Assembly (NCBI GenBank): GCA_012295275.1
Contig: CM022677.1
Span: 12,958,001-13,022,000 of the forward strand
DNA length: 64,000 bases
Source: Chrysomallon squamiferum
Taxonomy: Eukaryota > Animalia > Mollusca
Direction: 5' to 3'
Shown here: positions 27,781 to 41,989 of the stretch, piece after piece
Layout of the letters: every line of letters starts with the position of its first letter
Numbering within the stretch: position 1 is the first letter of the stretch
Program-made: the position numbers and the translations under genes
The notes under the pieces: generated by a model
The model's input: only the letters and a program-made list of their open reading frames with translations
Told to the model about the DNA's origin: nothing
Databases searched by the model: none

Positions 27781-28329
27781 TTATCAGTGTAAGAAGCGGT
27801 ATCCTTAAGTAAAACCTTATTTTTACTTGCTTATAATTATGTGATGTTATATGATTTATTCGTGTAAACAGCGGTATCCTTAATTAATAATAACTCTTTA
27901 TTTTTACTTGTTTATAATTATTGGATTTATAGTGTAAACTGCACTCGTATTATAAAATAAACGTGATAGCATTGTTTACATAACGGAATATCATTTAAGT
28001 TTATGAATAATAATAATAATAATAATAATAACAACAACAACAACACTAAAGCAACAACAACAACAACAACAATAATAATAATAATAATTAAAATTAAAAT
28101 TAAAAAAATCTAAATAAATTGAAAGTACGCTCTGTATTTCCTAATAAACAGGTATTATCTTTAATCCATTTCTTACTTGAAATTATGATTTTAATCTGTA
28201 GTGTAATATAATTTATGACGTTAATATTGCGACTTCTCGCGTTTTATCAGAAGGTAAGAATATAGAGAAACGTACAGATTAATAATCTTTTCTAAAACTG
28301 AATGAGATGTAAGATATTACAGCTAAATG

Positions 28330-29280
28330 TAATTCATCCTGATCTATGTGTGTCCCTGTTTCTGATGAACATTAATCTTATCTTTCAGCATCTTCTTTTC
28401 AGTGATCCATTTCACCATCCGCCCAATAATCAGGTGTACATCAGGACATTAAGAACAATGCTGGAACGACGGCAATGACAGCCTCATTAATAGAAATAGT
28501 AATGATATTTTTTTAACGTAGGATATGGACACTAATTGCAATAGTTAATAAATAGCAAAAAAAAAAAATAAGGTGAAGTACACCGAGAATGTTGAGAACA
28601 ACGCCGTTACGACGGTATATTTCGATAAAGGACGGGCACGGTCAGAAAATAAGAATAACAGCGAATAAAAAACTAAAAGGAATAATAAGGAGTACACCAA
28701 TAACGTTATGAACAACGCCGTTACGACGGAATAAAAACAGCGAATAAAAAACTAAAAGGAATAATAAGGAGTACACCAATAACGTTATGAACAACGCCGT
28801 TACGACGGTATTTCGATAAAGGACGGGCACGGTCAGAAAATAAGAATAACAGCGAATAAAAAACTAAAAGGAATAATAAGGAGTACACCAATAACGTTAG
28901 GAACAACGCCCGTAACATTGCAACGATGGACACATTAGTAGAAATCACAATAATATATTTTCATAGGTGATGCGCCTGCTCAGAAAGTATGAGGAATGAT
29001 TCATAAAAAGCGCTAAAGAATAATGAGAAGGACTCCACGAAAGCTAGAAAGAAGGCATTTACGACGGCAACGATGGTGATATTAATATGAATGGTAATAA
29101 TAGGCTTTGAACACGTATGAATAATAATTAATAAAAAGAAAAAGAATAGTGAGAGGTACACCGAGAACGGTGAGGACAATGCTGTTACGACGGTAGCGAC
29201 GGCTACATTAATAGAAATATTAACAATATATTTTAATACAGGAGGACACTGATTGCAATACTTAATAAAAGGCAAAATAA
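28330..29280 (-). repeat. Degenerate tandem repeat that reads as repeated hydrophobic helices (decayed ORF), with near-perfect recent internal duplications at 28596-28909
   Basis: Units such as KYIVNISINVAVATVVTAL, KYIIVISTNVSIVAMLRAL and NIITISINEAVIAVVPAL. cagcgaataaaaaactaaaaggaataataaggagtacaccaataacgtta occurs three times. Confidence 0.6.
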
Positions 29281-29482
29281 TATATATTTTTTTTTCAGAC
29301 GTATATCAAAGATTGGTAAATTCGTGGACAGTAATAAGCAAGTTATTGTAGTGTGAGTTGTAAGCTTTGAGATTTTATTTGGTGCATTAATATAAATAAT
29401 AAGAAGAAAGGAAAAGTAGGGGAAAAAATAACAACAGCGTCTATTTGAAGTTCATGTCAACGACTGGCTAATAATAAGATAA

Positions 29483-29513
<31 letters not shown>

Positions 29514-30185
29514 AAGACGAACCACATCGATTTATAATTATATATATTTTAATAAAGGTTGTTATGCTCCTTTATTTTATTTTATTTTATTTGTTTTGAA
29601 CATTATTTTAATCTTTGTTTTATTTATTTATTTTTTATTTATTTTTTATTTTTAGTGTAGTAGTTTCGGAAAAAATGCGGGATGATTATCGGTCTTCACG
29701 GATTTACTTTTTTATTTGATGTTCGAAGAATCTTCTACAGAATTGGTGTAATCGCTTTATCATGCAACCAAATGTTGTTTTAAGTATTTAATTCTGTGAA
29801 GGAGACAGGTATTACTATTTATTATTATAGTTGTTAATGTGTTTGGATTTTTTCATTTTATTTAAGCATAGACACATGGTGGCAGCCATATTATTTGGGA
29901 ACAATAATTATTTATTTATTTATTTATTTGTTTGTTTCTTTATTTATATTTTTCAAAAAACGGCACTCGATTAAAAATAACATTCACCAGTGGTTGTACT
30001 AATGTGAACAACATAATTAACGTCATATAAGTAAGAAATCATGTTTAGTCTTTACTTTTGTTTTACTAATCAGCCTATCGGGGCAAATTTTGAGTGGCCA
30101 GTAATTAAATTTGTTTTAAACAAAATTGACTTGTATACCACACACCAGAGGAAACACCACACAACAACTCACAGAGAATTTTATC

Positions 30186-30221
<36 letters not shown>

Positions 30222-30326
30222 TATTTTTTATTTTTTTTTTTATTTTTTTGAAATAAAGTACTAAAACTATTAAAAGAAAATGTGCTAATTTTGTTTGACA
30301 GGTTGTTTTCTGTCAGTTTATTTATG

Positions 30327-30357
<31 letters not shown>

Positions 30358-30611
30358 ATGTATCCTCAGTGATAACTGTTCTTTGTTTCACTTCTTTTCT
30401 TAATGTAAATTTTAATTTATTAATTTACATTTTGTTTTGTGTCTTTGTAATTCCTTCTTTTTTTATATTCTTCTTCTTATTATTATTACTACTTTTTATT
30501 ATTTTATGTTTTATTTTTTATTATTATTATTATTTTTTTAATCTTTATAATCTTTTTTTTAATCATTTTATATTTCATTATTAATATTTGTTTATTTTTG
30601 ATGATTTCTAG

Positions 30612-33600
30612 GTCATATGGAGAAAATATACCAAATTTATTTAAAGAATTTTCTATGGAAAATCAGATGTGAGTGAAATATTTGATACATTTCTCATCCA
30701 GCTACACAATCTGACCAGAACCACACTGTAGAGTGCAAGTGCTGCTGGAATACTATAATATGATATATCAATAGTTTACATTCAGCATGGACAGGAACAA
30801 GAAGGAAAGGGCAGAGTGCCATTGAAGTCTGCTTTTTGGGGAAAACAAGCTGATGCTGGTAAAAATACTTCATTTGCTACGCTGTCAAACAAAACAACTT
30901 GGTAGATGATTGCGATGGCTCTGCATTACTGTAGCAAAGACAAAAGACAGGAAGTTGAGCAGCAGATGATGTCTGAGCTTGCTACTCTGAGAATGAAGCT
31001 GGATGAGAAGATAAAGAAAACAGAGAAAAGAAAACAACGGCTGTAGCCGCAGTGGAACAAGATGAGACTCAGGAAGGCAACATTCATGAGAGTGATGTCT
31101 CACCATAATGACAGTTTGAATGAACGGGCTAGTCCTGTACCTGATTCAGAGTGGTACCAACGCACCCAGGTCCCTGTCCCCTACTTCATCATCACAAAAA
31201 TTCATTTTCCAGAGCAGGGATACAAGAGACTATTGATAATGTGAATCAACAGTCTGGTGTCAAGTGATGTGTCAGGCCTGTGTTAGAATGTTTTCAGTGG
31301 CAGGGTATGTTTTTTATTAGTTTTGTGTGTGTGTGTGTGTGTTTGTGTGTGACTGCACAATTCCAAGTTGTGTGATTTTATCTTATTTTTATTTCTTTGA
31401 AAGTAAAACAAATTTTAGAGTAACAATTCTTTACAGATTGTAAAATACCATAATAATAATCATTTGTTTCCTGTTGTTTTGTTAATTATTTAAACTATTA
31501 CCAGTATCATCATTATCATTATAATGATTATACAAAGTATATCAAAAATATCCCACACCCCTTTGTGTCTGAATAGTCAAGTAACTGGTACTAGTAGAAT
31601 TTAAATTTTAATAATAACAGAAACATTAGTTATTTATTTATAACATTTTATTATTTTTATTATTTTAGTTGTATTTTTATTTTCAGAATACACATACAGC
31701 TCTAATTGATGTGCTATGTTGGCTAGTGAAGTTGTTTCAGTAGAAGGTGTTGTCCAGCACTGAGGATAAAGTTTGTACTGCTGCCACTGGAAAAGAGAAA
31801 AAAAAAATGGAACAGGTGAATTTGAGTTTGTTTTCTTATTATTCTAAACCTAATGAAGTTTAATTTAATTTAAGGTAAGAAGTTGCATTTTGTAACTAAT
31901 ATATCAATAAGTACACATACATTAGTATTTTGTAACATACACTACATTTTATATCATGTTACATGTCTCTCCCTCTCTCTCTCACATCCACACACATGTG
32001 ACATACACTTCCATTCATATAGACCTGATTAGTTTGTTGTAAATTTCTATATTTTAAAACAGAGTATTTTAAAATGTTTAACTTTCCTGTTACCAGACAC
32101 GTTCCTATCACTATTCTTTTAATGACAGACATACTAAAATACATTGGAGATGGACACATACATAACTAAAAAGGTAAAGAAACTGCTCTATATGCAAGAT
32201 GAGCTAATTTACCACAAGACAGAAATGTCATCAAAGAATATGGCAGAAAGGAGCATCTGTAAAGGTTGTTATTGTTATACTAGTAGTATTAGTCATTTCT
32301 GTTGTTGTAGTAATGTAGATGTTACAGCATTAGTACTTGTAGCATTATTAATAATAGTACTAATAGTAATGTTGCAGAATTGACTTTGGTGATGTTTTAG
32401 TTGATGATGCTGTCTCCATAGCTTTGTATTATAATGTATCTTGTGAGACTCATGGTGATTAAATAATATTGGTTTTAGTGGTGGTACTACTAGTATTAAT
32501 GGATAATAATTTTAGTAATAGGAGTATTATTTCAATAACAGTAGCCCATGTTGAATAAGGAATAATAGTAAATATTAGTTGTAGTAATGATGATAATAAA
32601 AGCAGAATAGTAGTGTTGCAGTAAATGCAGAATTTTTATTTATATTTTATACAGTATTTTATTTATTTATTTATTTATTTACTCAGATGAGGCAGCACAC
32701 CCAACAATTATACTCTGACGAGTGAGTCATCCAGTCTCTAGTCCAGTGTCAGCATCGACTCAGTTGTGTGAAAGTTCTGCCGCTTTAGTGAACCTTGTCT
32801 GAAAATGGGTCTTACAGCATTTTCAACTGAAGTGCAGGCTGAGGCAGCTTGAATCAATTTTGGTGACCTGGATATTGAAGCCGACCTACAACAAATCTGA
32901 CTTTGAGAGTCTTCCCCCAGGTCACCAATATCAACTGTCAGATGTCAGGGAAAAAACTTGAAAAATTTGAAAATGCTAAAACCAGAGGAAGACAAACATT
33001 AAAACCTGACAGATGACTGTGATGGCTGTGTGTGACAGTGGCAAAGACAAAAGCCTGGAAGTTGAGCAGCAGGTGACTTAGTTTACTTCCATTAGCATTG
33101 TTTTATTTCTTTTTAGCTTATATTTCTACTAGGAGTAATCAAAACAGTTTCGTTTCTAGCTCACAAAAATTACATGGCTTAAGGAATGATGTTGAAATCA
33201 GTTCATAAAGAAAAACAGATCTGTATTAATTTTGTTAATGGTGTTTCTAATGAAAAATTCTACTTTAGCATTACGTAAAAATTAAATTACATTAAAGTGG
33301 CAAGAATATTACAATTAAATGTTTTAAATAATCAAATAATTTGTTATTAATAATGATTTTTAAGGTTAATTAGAGATTGTAAGAATAATCTCAAATGTAT
33401 TTTCATCATGTTAGTATGTTAGTATTTCAAGTAGTATCAGTATTAGAAGACCATTTTACTTACTGACTAATGTAATGCTATATAGGTTTAAAATGTTTAT
33501 TTACTTAATATTCCTGGCAGTCATCGTAAACTGGACTAAAGGTCTAAAATACAGTGTAAATATCAAATTTTACCAAGTTACAGAAGTATTCAAATATATT

Positions 33601-34000
33601 AAAAAATATTTTTCATAATCTCTTTTATTGATGTATTGGTATTTTAATCCTTTGATATAAAAGTTAAAAAAATAAATTATATTTATTAAAATTATATGGT
33701 AAAAAAAATTTGAATAAAAATTCTTGTTGCCAAGTCAGTGAAATGCAATTAGAGCTGACAACAAAAATACTACTTGCACTTTATTTTATGATTAGTTTAT
33801 TAATGAATATTATATTTTGTTGTAGGATCCTAGACAACAGATTCAAGCTGCCTCAGCCAGCACTTCAGTTGAAAATGTTGTAAGACCCATTTTCAGAAAA
33901 GGTTCACTAGAGCACCAGAATGCTTTTACATCACAGTCTTCCCTGTCCAGAGAAAGCTCAACACTTTCAAGAGAAAATCTGTCTGAAATGTAAGACAATA
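30612..34000 (+). pseudogene. Decayed multi-exon gene, possibly a KDZ (Kyakuja-Dileera-Zisupton)-type transposase
   Basis: Exon-like islands with splice sites at about 30612-31304, 31687-31815, 32688-33072 and 33826-33990. Remnants NHTVECK, WTGTRRKG..AIEV, MIAMALHYCSKDKRQEVEQQMM and a coiled coil. 33005-33075 duplicates about 30895-30968. Confidence 0.35.
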
Positions 34001-34254
34001 AAATCAATCTAATTTGAATTTATAAATATTGAGACAGTCATGAAAAAAAAGAGAAATCTGAAGGGAAATAATTTTGAAAACTCCGTGATCTCCAAGAGAC
34101 TGCATTGTCAGTGTGATCAGAACATCCAGTGTACACATTGTACTTCATAGCAGCTTGCACTGCTTTTATCATTGATGTGTGCTTGGTTATTCTAATATTT
34201 CTCATTGCTATGGAATGCCATTTTTCTAAGTAAGATAAAATTAATGTGACAACC

Positions 34255-34415
34255 AGATTTTTCTTTATCTTATTTAAATCAGGGGAGTTTGCTGGGGGTA
34301 ATATAAATATAATTGAAGATTGTGTAGTTGGGGTAATTAGAATTTTTTTTTTTTTTTTCAGGAAATCTTTTTAAAAAAATGTCTTTATATTATTTAAATC
34401 ATGGGAAAATCAATG
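34255..34415 (-). repeat. Inverted copy of the 11527 repeat family
   Basis: tttatattatttaaatca occurs twice, with tttgctgggggtaat and attgaagat...ggtaattag. Confidence 0.7.
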
Positions 34416-35371
34416 ACTATTAATAAAATTAACTATTAACTAAATTAAAATTGTATTTGCATTAACCATCATTTTGTTATTTTTAATTAGAAGAAACATG
34501 ATGATCTTGAAGTTGAAATTACTTAAAAACCTGTCTAGATAATAAAACTTAAATATTCAGTTATTTTTGTTTAGACATTTCTACCAGTTTTTATAATTTG
34601 CATTGCCACTTTAGAAAGAATAATTGAATTATTTCAATAAGGAATCTTTAAAAAACGGAAAATAATTTATAAATGATAAAAAAAAATAAGAGAAACAAAA
34701 AAAATGTACATAATTGGAATTTTTCGGAGTATTTTATAATTTGCCTTTCACATTTTCATAAAATTCAAAAAATTATTTCAAAAATGTGCATATGGAAATG
34801 TCTTCCAATTTGTTTATAATCTGTATTTTCTGTTTAATTCAATTAAAAAAATCTGTGAAAAAAAATTAAAATAATAAATAAACCAAAAATCAAATATGAT
34901 AATAATTCAAAAGAAAGAAAATAATAATTATCTCTTTAAAAAATGAGGTACAAAATGGTATTTAATGTTTCCAAGGTAAATTATGTTACATAAATGGGTG
35001 ACAATACAAATATTTTTAATACAAAAACATGAGTTGTTCTTAACTGTTTTAAATCCTGACATTTACAGAATCAAACCCATTGCATCTTATCTAAAAACAA
35101 TAATCAAAATAGAAAATAATGCTTAAGTTGTTTCAGTTTCTTAACATTAAAAATGTTAAGGCACATTCAAATAATTTAAAACAATAATAAACAAATAAAG
35201 AATAGTCTTTGTGTGTTTTTATTTTTATTATGTATATATTGATAACATCTTCGGTATTTGTTGTCAACCAACAAAAGATAATCTGATTTAATCATTATTT
35301 TTTATATATACATGTTGTTCGATTTTATGAAAACAAACAATCAAATCACTAGAATGAACACTAAACACACA

Positions 35372-35437
<66 letters not shown>

Positions 35438-35712
35438 ATTTATAAACCCATTAAATAGAGTTGTTTCCCTTAGACCATTAATAGATATAACATCGCAAAC
35501 TATTCCAATATTAAATTCATTTTCTAATCAACCAGTTTCCATTATTTTTTGGTTTATTTTATTTATTATTATTATTATAAACAATGAATTTTTCTTTTTA
35601 TTCAAGGGGCAAATTGTAAAACAAAAACATTTTAAGCGAAATAGGAATTTTATAATACTTAAGTAATAATAATAATTCAAATAATAAATCCCACACTTGT
35701 AAAATTTTAAAC

Positions 35713-35758
<46 letters not shown>

Positions 35759-37616
35759 ATATACATACATCATTTCAGTTTCATTATCTTTAAAACAAAA
35801 ATTACTGCAAATAATTTTTTAAAAATGATACTGGTTTTAATAGAGCTAAAATTATTTTTTAGCCTGATTAATTTCAGGTTTTTTCAAATATCATTTAATG
35901 TTAATAAGAACAATTCAAAATCAAAACAATAATATAAGAATAAATCATTAAAATAATCCAGTTTAATAATTGTATTTTTATATCTAATTGTATATCATTT
36001 TCTGTTCATTTAACAAAAAAAAAAAAAAAAAAAACAAAACACAATCAAAACACTTAGAACTTGTATTTATTTATCCATAAACAAGGACACTGTCTTTCAC
36101 ATACAACAGTTCTCTGTGACCGCAAACACATTAACTCTTTCTCACAGATAACATCCTGTAACCGTGATTCATTTTGTCCTTGGTTATTATTTTGCTGTAT
36201 TTCTACTTTGGGGGATGCAGTCTGGGAAAAATGGGGTCCAGTCTAAACACAAAAATAAAAGAGAGATGAGTCGAGTTCCGAAGTGTTTATTGCTGGTCAG
36301 CCAAGTGCCTTGTCTTTTACATAGAATACATATATATATATATACATCTTGCATACCCATCAATTGGCCGGCTCATATCGTTATGTATGTCTACAGCGAT
36401 CCTGTTAGTTGTAACATTTTTTCTGTCGTCGCCTGCTTCTCTCTATGAACTGTCCAAATTAGTTATTATTATTATTGTTCTCTCTATATCTTTGTGAATC
36501 TCCCTAATAGTTTATATACTTTAAGAGTATCTCCTATTAAACTTACTGTTTCAGTGTTGCATGTTCATTTTAAAATTAATTGTTTTAAATTACTTTTGCA
36601 ATGTTGATTGTAAAATTGTGTTTCAGTTTCTTTGTATGATATCTGCTTTGATTTTATATAATTTTATCAACAAGTTGAATATTTCTTATTTGAAATTTCA
36701 TTTATCATCAATAGTAAACATGGAGTAAAACAGATGCAAAGTGTCACGCGAGGTCTCGATTACGTCATCAGTTTTACAGTCTACCGTGTAAAACAAGTTT
36801 CTGAGGCGAAGACAGTGTCTTTTTTTTTTTTGTCTTTTTTAAATTAATAATACAGGAAAAGATGAAGATTTTGAAATCAATATAAAACTCTCACATTATT
36901 TGTTCTGATTCTACATTTTTCCGTATAAACTGCGCTCCATTAAAAACTTAATGTTTCTCTTTTTTTCTTTTTTCTTATTGTTTATTTTTTATATAAATAT
37001 ATTTATTTATTTTATTTTATTAGTATTTTTTGTTTCTTAATCCTGGCAAAGTATGTTCGAATAAAAATAGGACTGATTAAAAAAATGACGTGTTATTTTC
37101 TTTATTTTTAGGGCGTTATGCAATTTTAATTAGTGAGATAGTGATATATATATATTTTGTATTAACTATAATTCACAATATATTAGTAATTAGAGGATTA
37201 ATTATCAGTTTAATAACATATTAATCTCACAGTTTCCTGGAATATCACCTTTTTTTTAAAAATGTACAATATTACTCTCACAGCATCTCTGTAGTTCTAC
37301 ATATTACGCGGGACTTGTAATTATCACAGTAATAAGTATCAGAAAACAACACTGATCATATCTTTTCCTGTCTCTCTAAATCACATTTTATTAAAAAAAA
37401 AAAAAAAAAATTCAGAACATATTCAGCAAAATTATTAAATTTATTAAGCTTCATACGTCAGTTTATTTTATCACAATTTCACAAATTGTTCTGCCTACTG
37501 ACGCATAACCAGGCTCCGATCTCTTATTTATTTATTTATTTTTATTATTATTTATTTATTTTATTATAATTATTATTATTATCATTATTTTTGTTTATGA
37601 TTTAAAAAAAAAAATG

Positions 37617-37650
<34 letters not shown>

Positions 37651-38393
37651 TTATTATTATTATTATTTTAAATACAGAGAGATCTCCTCCTACAAGATGT
37701 AAGGAGTAACTTCTCAGCTCAGTTTGCAAGAGATTAATAACAGATTTTTATTAGCGTAATTTTCTGAAGATAATTTGAGATTTCTCGACAGAATTTACAT
37801 TTTTATTTACTACCAACTGTGCCACTTATACGAATAAATTACGTTCAATCTTAGTAGCTATACCACTGTTTACATTAATATGTTATTACGTTTATCTCTA
37901 ACAAATATGTATATAATTGTCAGTAAACATTTGGATACAGCTAAAGGAGTATTATCGGCTTTTCAAAAATAATCTGATCATTTTAATAAAGTAAATGTCG
38001 TCAATCAATTTTAAATTACATGTGAAAACTGCGCTCAATTTTCAGCATCATGCAGAACTTTTTAGTGAAATCTGTTCTGTTGTTAATCAAATATCACATT
38101 AATCATTATCTGAGCTTTTATTTATAGTGGCATTTTACAGCGCTCGACTTGTAAATTCAGAAACAAATAACTGTTAATACTGAACACGTGAGAAGTTACA
38201 CTTTACTTGAATCACAAAATTTGATTTTGCATAGCAAACGACATTAAAATTAAAATTGACAGGGATAAGCGGCGTTTTCTATTTGAATAAAAGGCAACGT
38301 AATTCACATTAATACATAAAACCAGCGCCATTTATTTTTTACCATAAACTGATACTGAGTGAAAATAACGTGATGTTTTGTTAATAATATTAA

Positions 38394-38676
38394 ACTGGCC
38401 CTTCTCATCTATATAATATGTCTAATATGATATACATATCCAATATAAACTATATAAATTGTTGTGATACTACGCTGTACAGCTGACAGTAATCCAGACA
38501 GTGTTGTATTTGAATGGCGAACTGGTACAAAACACCTCACTGACGGTTCTCTGTTTCAAATCTCCTCATTTCAACAGTCAGACCAAGGAGAGTACACGTG
38601 TTCAGCAACTTCAAAAACTTCTTTTAACTTAGACTTAAACTCGTTTGTAATTTACCCTTCCAATATGTCAAAATGA
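38394..38676 (+). pseudogene. Orphan, degenerate Ig (I/C2-set) exon
   Basis: GP...[frameshift]VVILRCTADSNP...FEW...LFQISSFQQSDQGEYTCSA. No clear acceptor or donor. Confidence 0.7.
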
Positions 38677-39297
38677 ATAACACGATACCGGCAAATGAGG
38701 TATTATTGTAGTATGGATATCGCTTATCGCATAAAGCACAAATATCGAAATAATCTATATATCGAATATAGTGGATGTAAATAATTAAAAAAGAAGCTAT
38801 TATCTAAAAGTATTCCCAATGATTTGGTCCTTCGCATGAACTTTTTCAGTCATAGCCAAAGTATTTGCAGGTCATAATATCTTTAGTGTACATACTATTA
38901 ATATACTATGTCACATATATTGTATTATATGTGCACAATGTGGATATGTATGTGTGCATAACGTAAATATGATCAGTAACTAATATCTTGAACATGTTTA
39001 AGTTGAATATGGCTGAATTCGAACAGTTAATGATAAATGTAACGTTCACATATTCTGTTTACTGAATATAAGTAAATTACTCGTAAAATATGTTAGTTAT
39101 TTATAATATTTTTGTCGTTTTCTTTTACAGAAGCAAGCCATAAGCATTAAAAAAAAAAAATCGTTATGCTTTTTACTTTTCTTTTATTTATTTATTATTT
39201 TTTTAATAGAAGATGAAATTGATGTAAAATTGTTTATTATTGGTCGCTTGTTTTGTAACTGAAAGGAAATGTTTATGAATTAGAAATGACCAGTTTA

Positions 39298-39340
<43 letters not shown>

Positions 39341-41197
39341 GTAACAGTAACTGTAATTATAGTAATAAGAATAAGAAGAATACGAATAATAACAATAATA
39401 ATAATAATGTTCATGATGATGATTATGATCATGATAATGAGGAAGAGGAAGATGATGATGATAATAATAAAAAATCTACAACAAATGAGCAGTGAACGCT
39501 TATTCTGCTTTCGGTTGATGTTACATAATCGATTTAGGAACAATGCGCTCCGCCTCTGAATGTTAGAAAGAAACCAGATGTATGCACAGGCCAAGTTCAT
39601 TATATACAGAGGTAATCAGGTATTGCGGCAGACCAGCTTTTTCTACGAAATGGGAATTCTACCAAATGGGAAGACACCATAAAAATAAGTGTACTTTACA
39701 AGACGGCACATTCGGCACAGTTTTATTGGATCTCCATATCGAATCAGCACTGACCTCCTGAGATGGCAATAATAATACCAAGGAGCCCATAATCCATTTG
39801 CCATGTTTCCTCCTTTTGTGCAAATGTCGCAAAAGGTAGTTATAATTCTCAAAATGTTCGTTAAGTCAAAAACAAGATGTTCACTGATTTTTAGCCACGA
39901 TTTGTTGTTATCGTTGTGGTAGTGTGGGAGGGTGTTTTATTTAAAAAATAAAAGAACAAAAACTAAAAATATAAATAAAAATAAAAATAAACAAAATAAA
40001 TAAATAAATAAATAAAATAATGAAAGGAAAGGAAAAGAAAAATGTGTAGCACTTTTCACTTCCGTAACAAATATGAAATGTAGATCAGGTATTAATCTTT
40101 ATTTATTTGAAATATCAATATCATGAAAATATGTATACCGCTAAATGTTTTCTAAAATCCGTTTTGTATCGTAAACAAACTATTATCGCTTTATTTTGGG
40201 AATGTGATAAAAATACTGGTATTTGACTGAATGTTTATTGTTGTTCTACCTGAATAGATTAAATGTATATTATATTAATATATAATTAATTAGCTATTAC
40301 ATTAGCTACTGTAGGATTGTAATCTCATGCAGTCAACATGACATTTTGAACATTTCATAAAAAATATCTTGCGTTTTAAAGAATATTTTAAAATTTAATG
40401 AACTTCGATCACAGTATTTGTTTCAATAAAGCTTGAAACAATGAACTGAAATCAGAAGACTTTCTACACATAAAATTTCCATCATCCTCTTATTTTTTAG
40501 GTACAAGATATCCTCAATCGTTAATATCGGTTGAAGAAACTTTCTCGTGCTGCGGTGGCGAAACTTGGAGAAATAGAAACGAGCCTTTAAGAGAATTGTT
40601 ATTGCTAACAAATTGCATCCATGTTCGCTACTTTAGCCGATATGTTTAAAATTCCTTCCAGACCTTGGTACCGTTCTTTATGACCGTGGCTTATCGCTTT
40701 GCTTTGAACTAGTGTAACTCCTTTTTACCTAAAATCTTTATCATTACTTTTTTTCAAGGCAGTGTCACAGGATCCTATAACGATAGCAGTAACTGACCCT
40801 AAATTCAGATTTCCATGTAAACGAAATGGAAAGCCATAACAGAATGGGTAAGCTACCCAAATTGGGTTTGCTCTATGAGTAATAACAGATAGGATTTTAT
40901 ATATTTAACTGTTTTATTAGCACGTTTAAGTTTACTAGAAACAATACATACACTACATTTTTGAATCTATATTTGCGCTATCGCTGACAAATTACTACAG
41001 CAGTAACAGTGAACAACAATATTTGTATCACATCAGAACTACTAAACATATTTATTAGTTACAATTACTCTGAATACACACTCAAAAAGCAGATAAACGA
41101 GATTAATTTTTATGTTGCTTGCAATCTGACAACCATTTTCGAAGTGAACTTCACGCTGGCTAATGGGGAGTGATGCCAACCGACTAATATCATTAAT

Positions 41198-41264
<67 letters not shown>

Positions 41265-41504
41265 TTCCGACTCCGGTTGAATAGCTAAATTCATAACAAT
41301 TTCAAGAGAGTTATCTCCTATTAAAAAAAAAAAGAAAAAAAAAGAAAAGAAAAGACTACTTCAAATGCAGACTGTAGAGTTCAGAATATTTGGTGGTTTC
41401 TTAATAAGGATTCTATATTCTATTAACAAAATCAATTTATATTAGATTTAGCTTACTGTGACGAAGCTTTCACCTTTCGTGCGATTAAGTACAAAGCCCG
41501 AGAC

Positions 41505-41511
41505 TATAAAA
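41505..41511 (+). promoter_or_regulatory. Candidate TATA box of the IgSF gene
   Basis: TATAAAA just upstream of the leader exon. It is unusually close to the ATG, and the genome is AT-rich. Confidence 0.25.
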
Positions 41512-41536
41512 CTACATTGATTAAATGAGTGGCGGC

Positions 41537-41603
41537 ATGTCGGATGTTGGGAAATTGTGTCTGTTTCTAACATTATTCTTCACCCAGTTCGAAATTATTT
41601 CAG
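41537..41603 (+). CDS. IgSF receptor gene, exon 1 (signal peptide MSDVGKLCLFLTLFFTQFEIIS-G)
   Basis: ATG in a gcggcATG context (in-frame ATG also at 41525). Hydrophobic core followed by a phase-1 donor CAG|GTATTG at 41604. TATAAAA at 41505. A paralogous copy lies at 62603. Confidence 0.7.
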
Positions 41604-41989
41604 GTATTGTTAAAAATAGGATATATATATATATATATAATTTACTTTACATTTTAACTTTACATATTAAATTTAAAACACATTATTAATGTATAATGCA
41701 TATGTTTAGTAATTTGCAGGTTGTATGCTTTTTTCTTCAATGTTCTGACTTTTTGCATATACTCCATATTATTATTATTATTATTATTATTCTCGTTTTC
41801 TAACTGTTCATATCAGTACTGTAAAATGAAATTCATCTGAAGATGTCATTTTTAGACCCAGTAGTTTTCATTTTTTTTAAAAAAAGCATTTTTCTTTTTC
41901 GTGTTTTTGTAAATTCGGTTTCATTTCTTTTTGGGAATAAATGATGTAATAAAACAAAATAAAATAGAAAATACACTATTTTCACTGGT

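Noticed and set aside
28596-28909. Near-identical repeats that look superficially like a CRISPR array
   Set aside because: No unique spacers, irregular unit lengths, no cas genes and a eukaryotic context. These are tandem duplications.
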